A stretch of DNA of 63,967 nucleotides, the filler included, from Octopus bimaculoides (taxonomy: Eukaryota), in NCBI RefSeq assembly GCF_001194135.2. It is 9 parts of 9 records of this genome, joined end to end, with 100 filler letters (N's around TTAATTAATTAA, not from the genome) between each part and the next. Parts side by side here need not be neighbours in the genome. Positions count along the whole stretch, not along the records: positions 62,961 to 63,967 come from NC_069009.1; 8 more parts are not named here. The stretch is one strand, 5' to 3'. Both the position numbers and the translations under genes were made by a program. Positions 63,846 to 63,967 of the stretch are shown piece by piece. Within the stretch, counting starts at the first letter, position 1. Every line of letters begins with the position of its first letter. The notes under the pieces were generated by a model. That model saw only the letters and a program-made list of their open reading frames with translations. It did not search any database and was not told the DNA's origin.

Positions 63846-63967
63846 ACTAGCAGAAATACCCGGCTTCGCCCGGGTTAAAGAGAATAATGAAATCTAAAAA
63901 CGCCGTCTAGACTACGCAACCCTCAACTGTTAGTAGCTACGATACCATATTTCTACATTAATAATTC
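63846..63967 (+). mobile_element. 5' end of a related Helitron-like element
   Basis: ACTAGCAGAAATACCCGGCTTCGCCCGGG, in a (TA)n context. Confidence 0.5.

Overview
Repeat-rich, gappy draft assembly of a eukaryotic genome. The dense microsatellites and recurring tRNA-derived SINE families suggest a coleoid cephalopod, probably Octopus (inference). Two minus-strand protein-coding genes are supported. (1) Two spliced exons of the ER glucose-6-phosphate transporter SLC37A4 (42816-42953 and 35984-36078); its first coding exon and roughly 300 C-terminal codons are not visible. (2) A Lys/Asn/Arg-rich protein with a Cys/Trp-containing C-terminal region, encoded by a 1.93 kb exon (24693-26622) that splices in frame to a terminal exon (23503-23695), so the stop in the 613 aa ORF call is really a splice donor. 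A candidate promoter and non-coding first exon for it lies near 28.55-28.61 kb. The rest is transposon debris (RLE/R4-Dong-like, RTE, Tx1/L1-like and Penelope retroelements; hAT, mariner, piggyBac-like and Helitron-like DNA elements; many SINEs), microsatellites and N gaps. The most interesting signal is a small repeat family in three copies that combines a tRNA-like Pol III head, an (AAT)n linker and a Penelope-type minimal hammerhead ribozyme with inverted terminal segments. No rRNA, intact tRNA gene or CRISPR array was seen, and most entries in the ORF track are microsatellite or gap artefacts.
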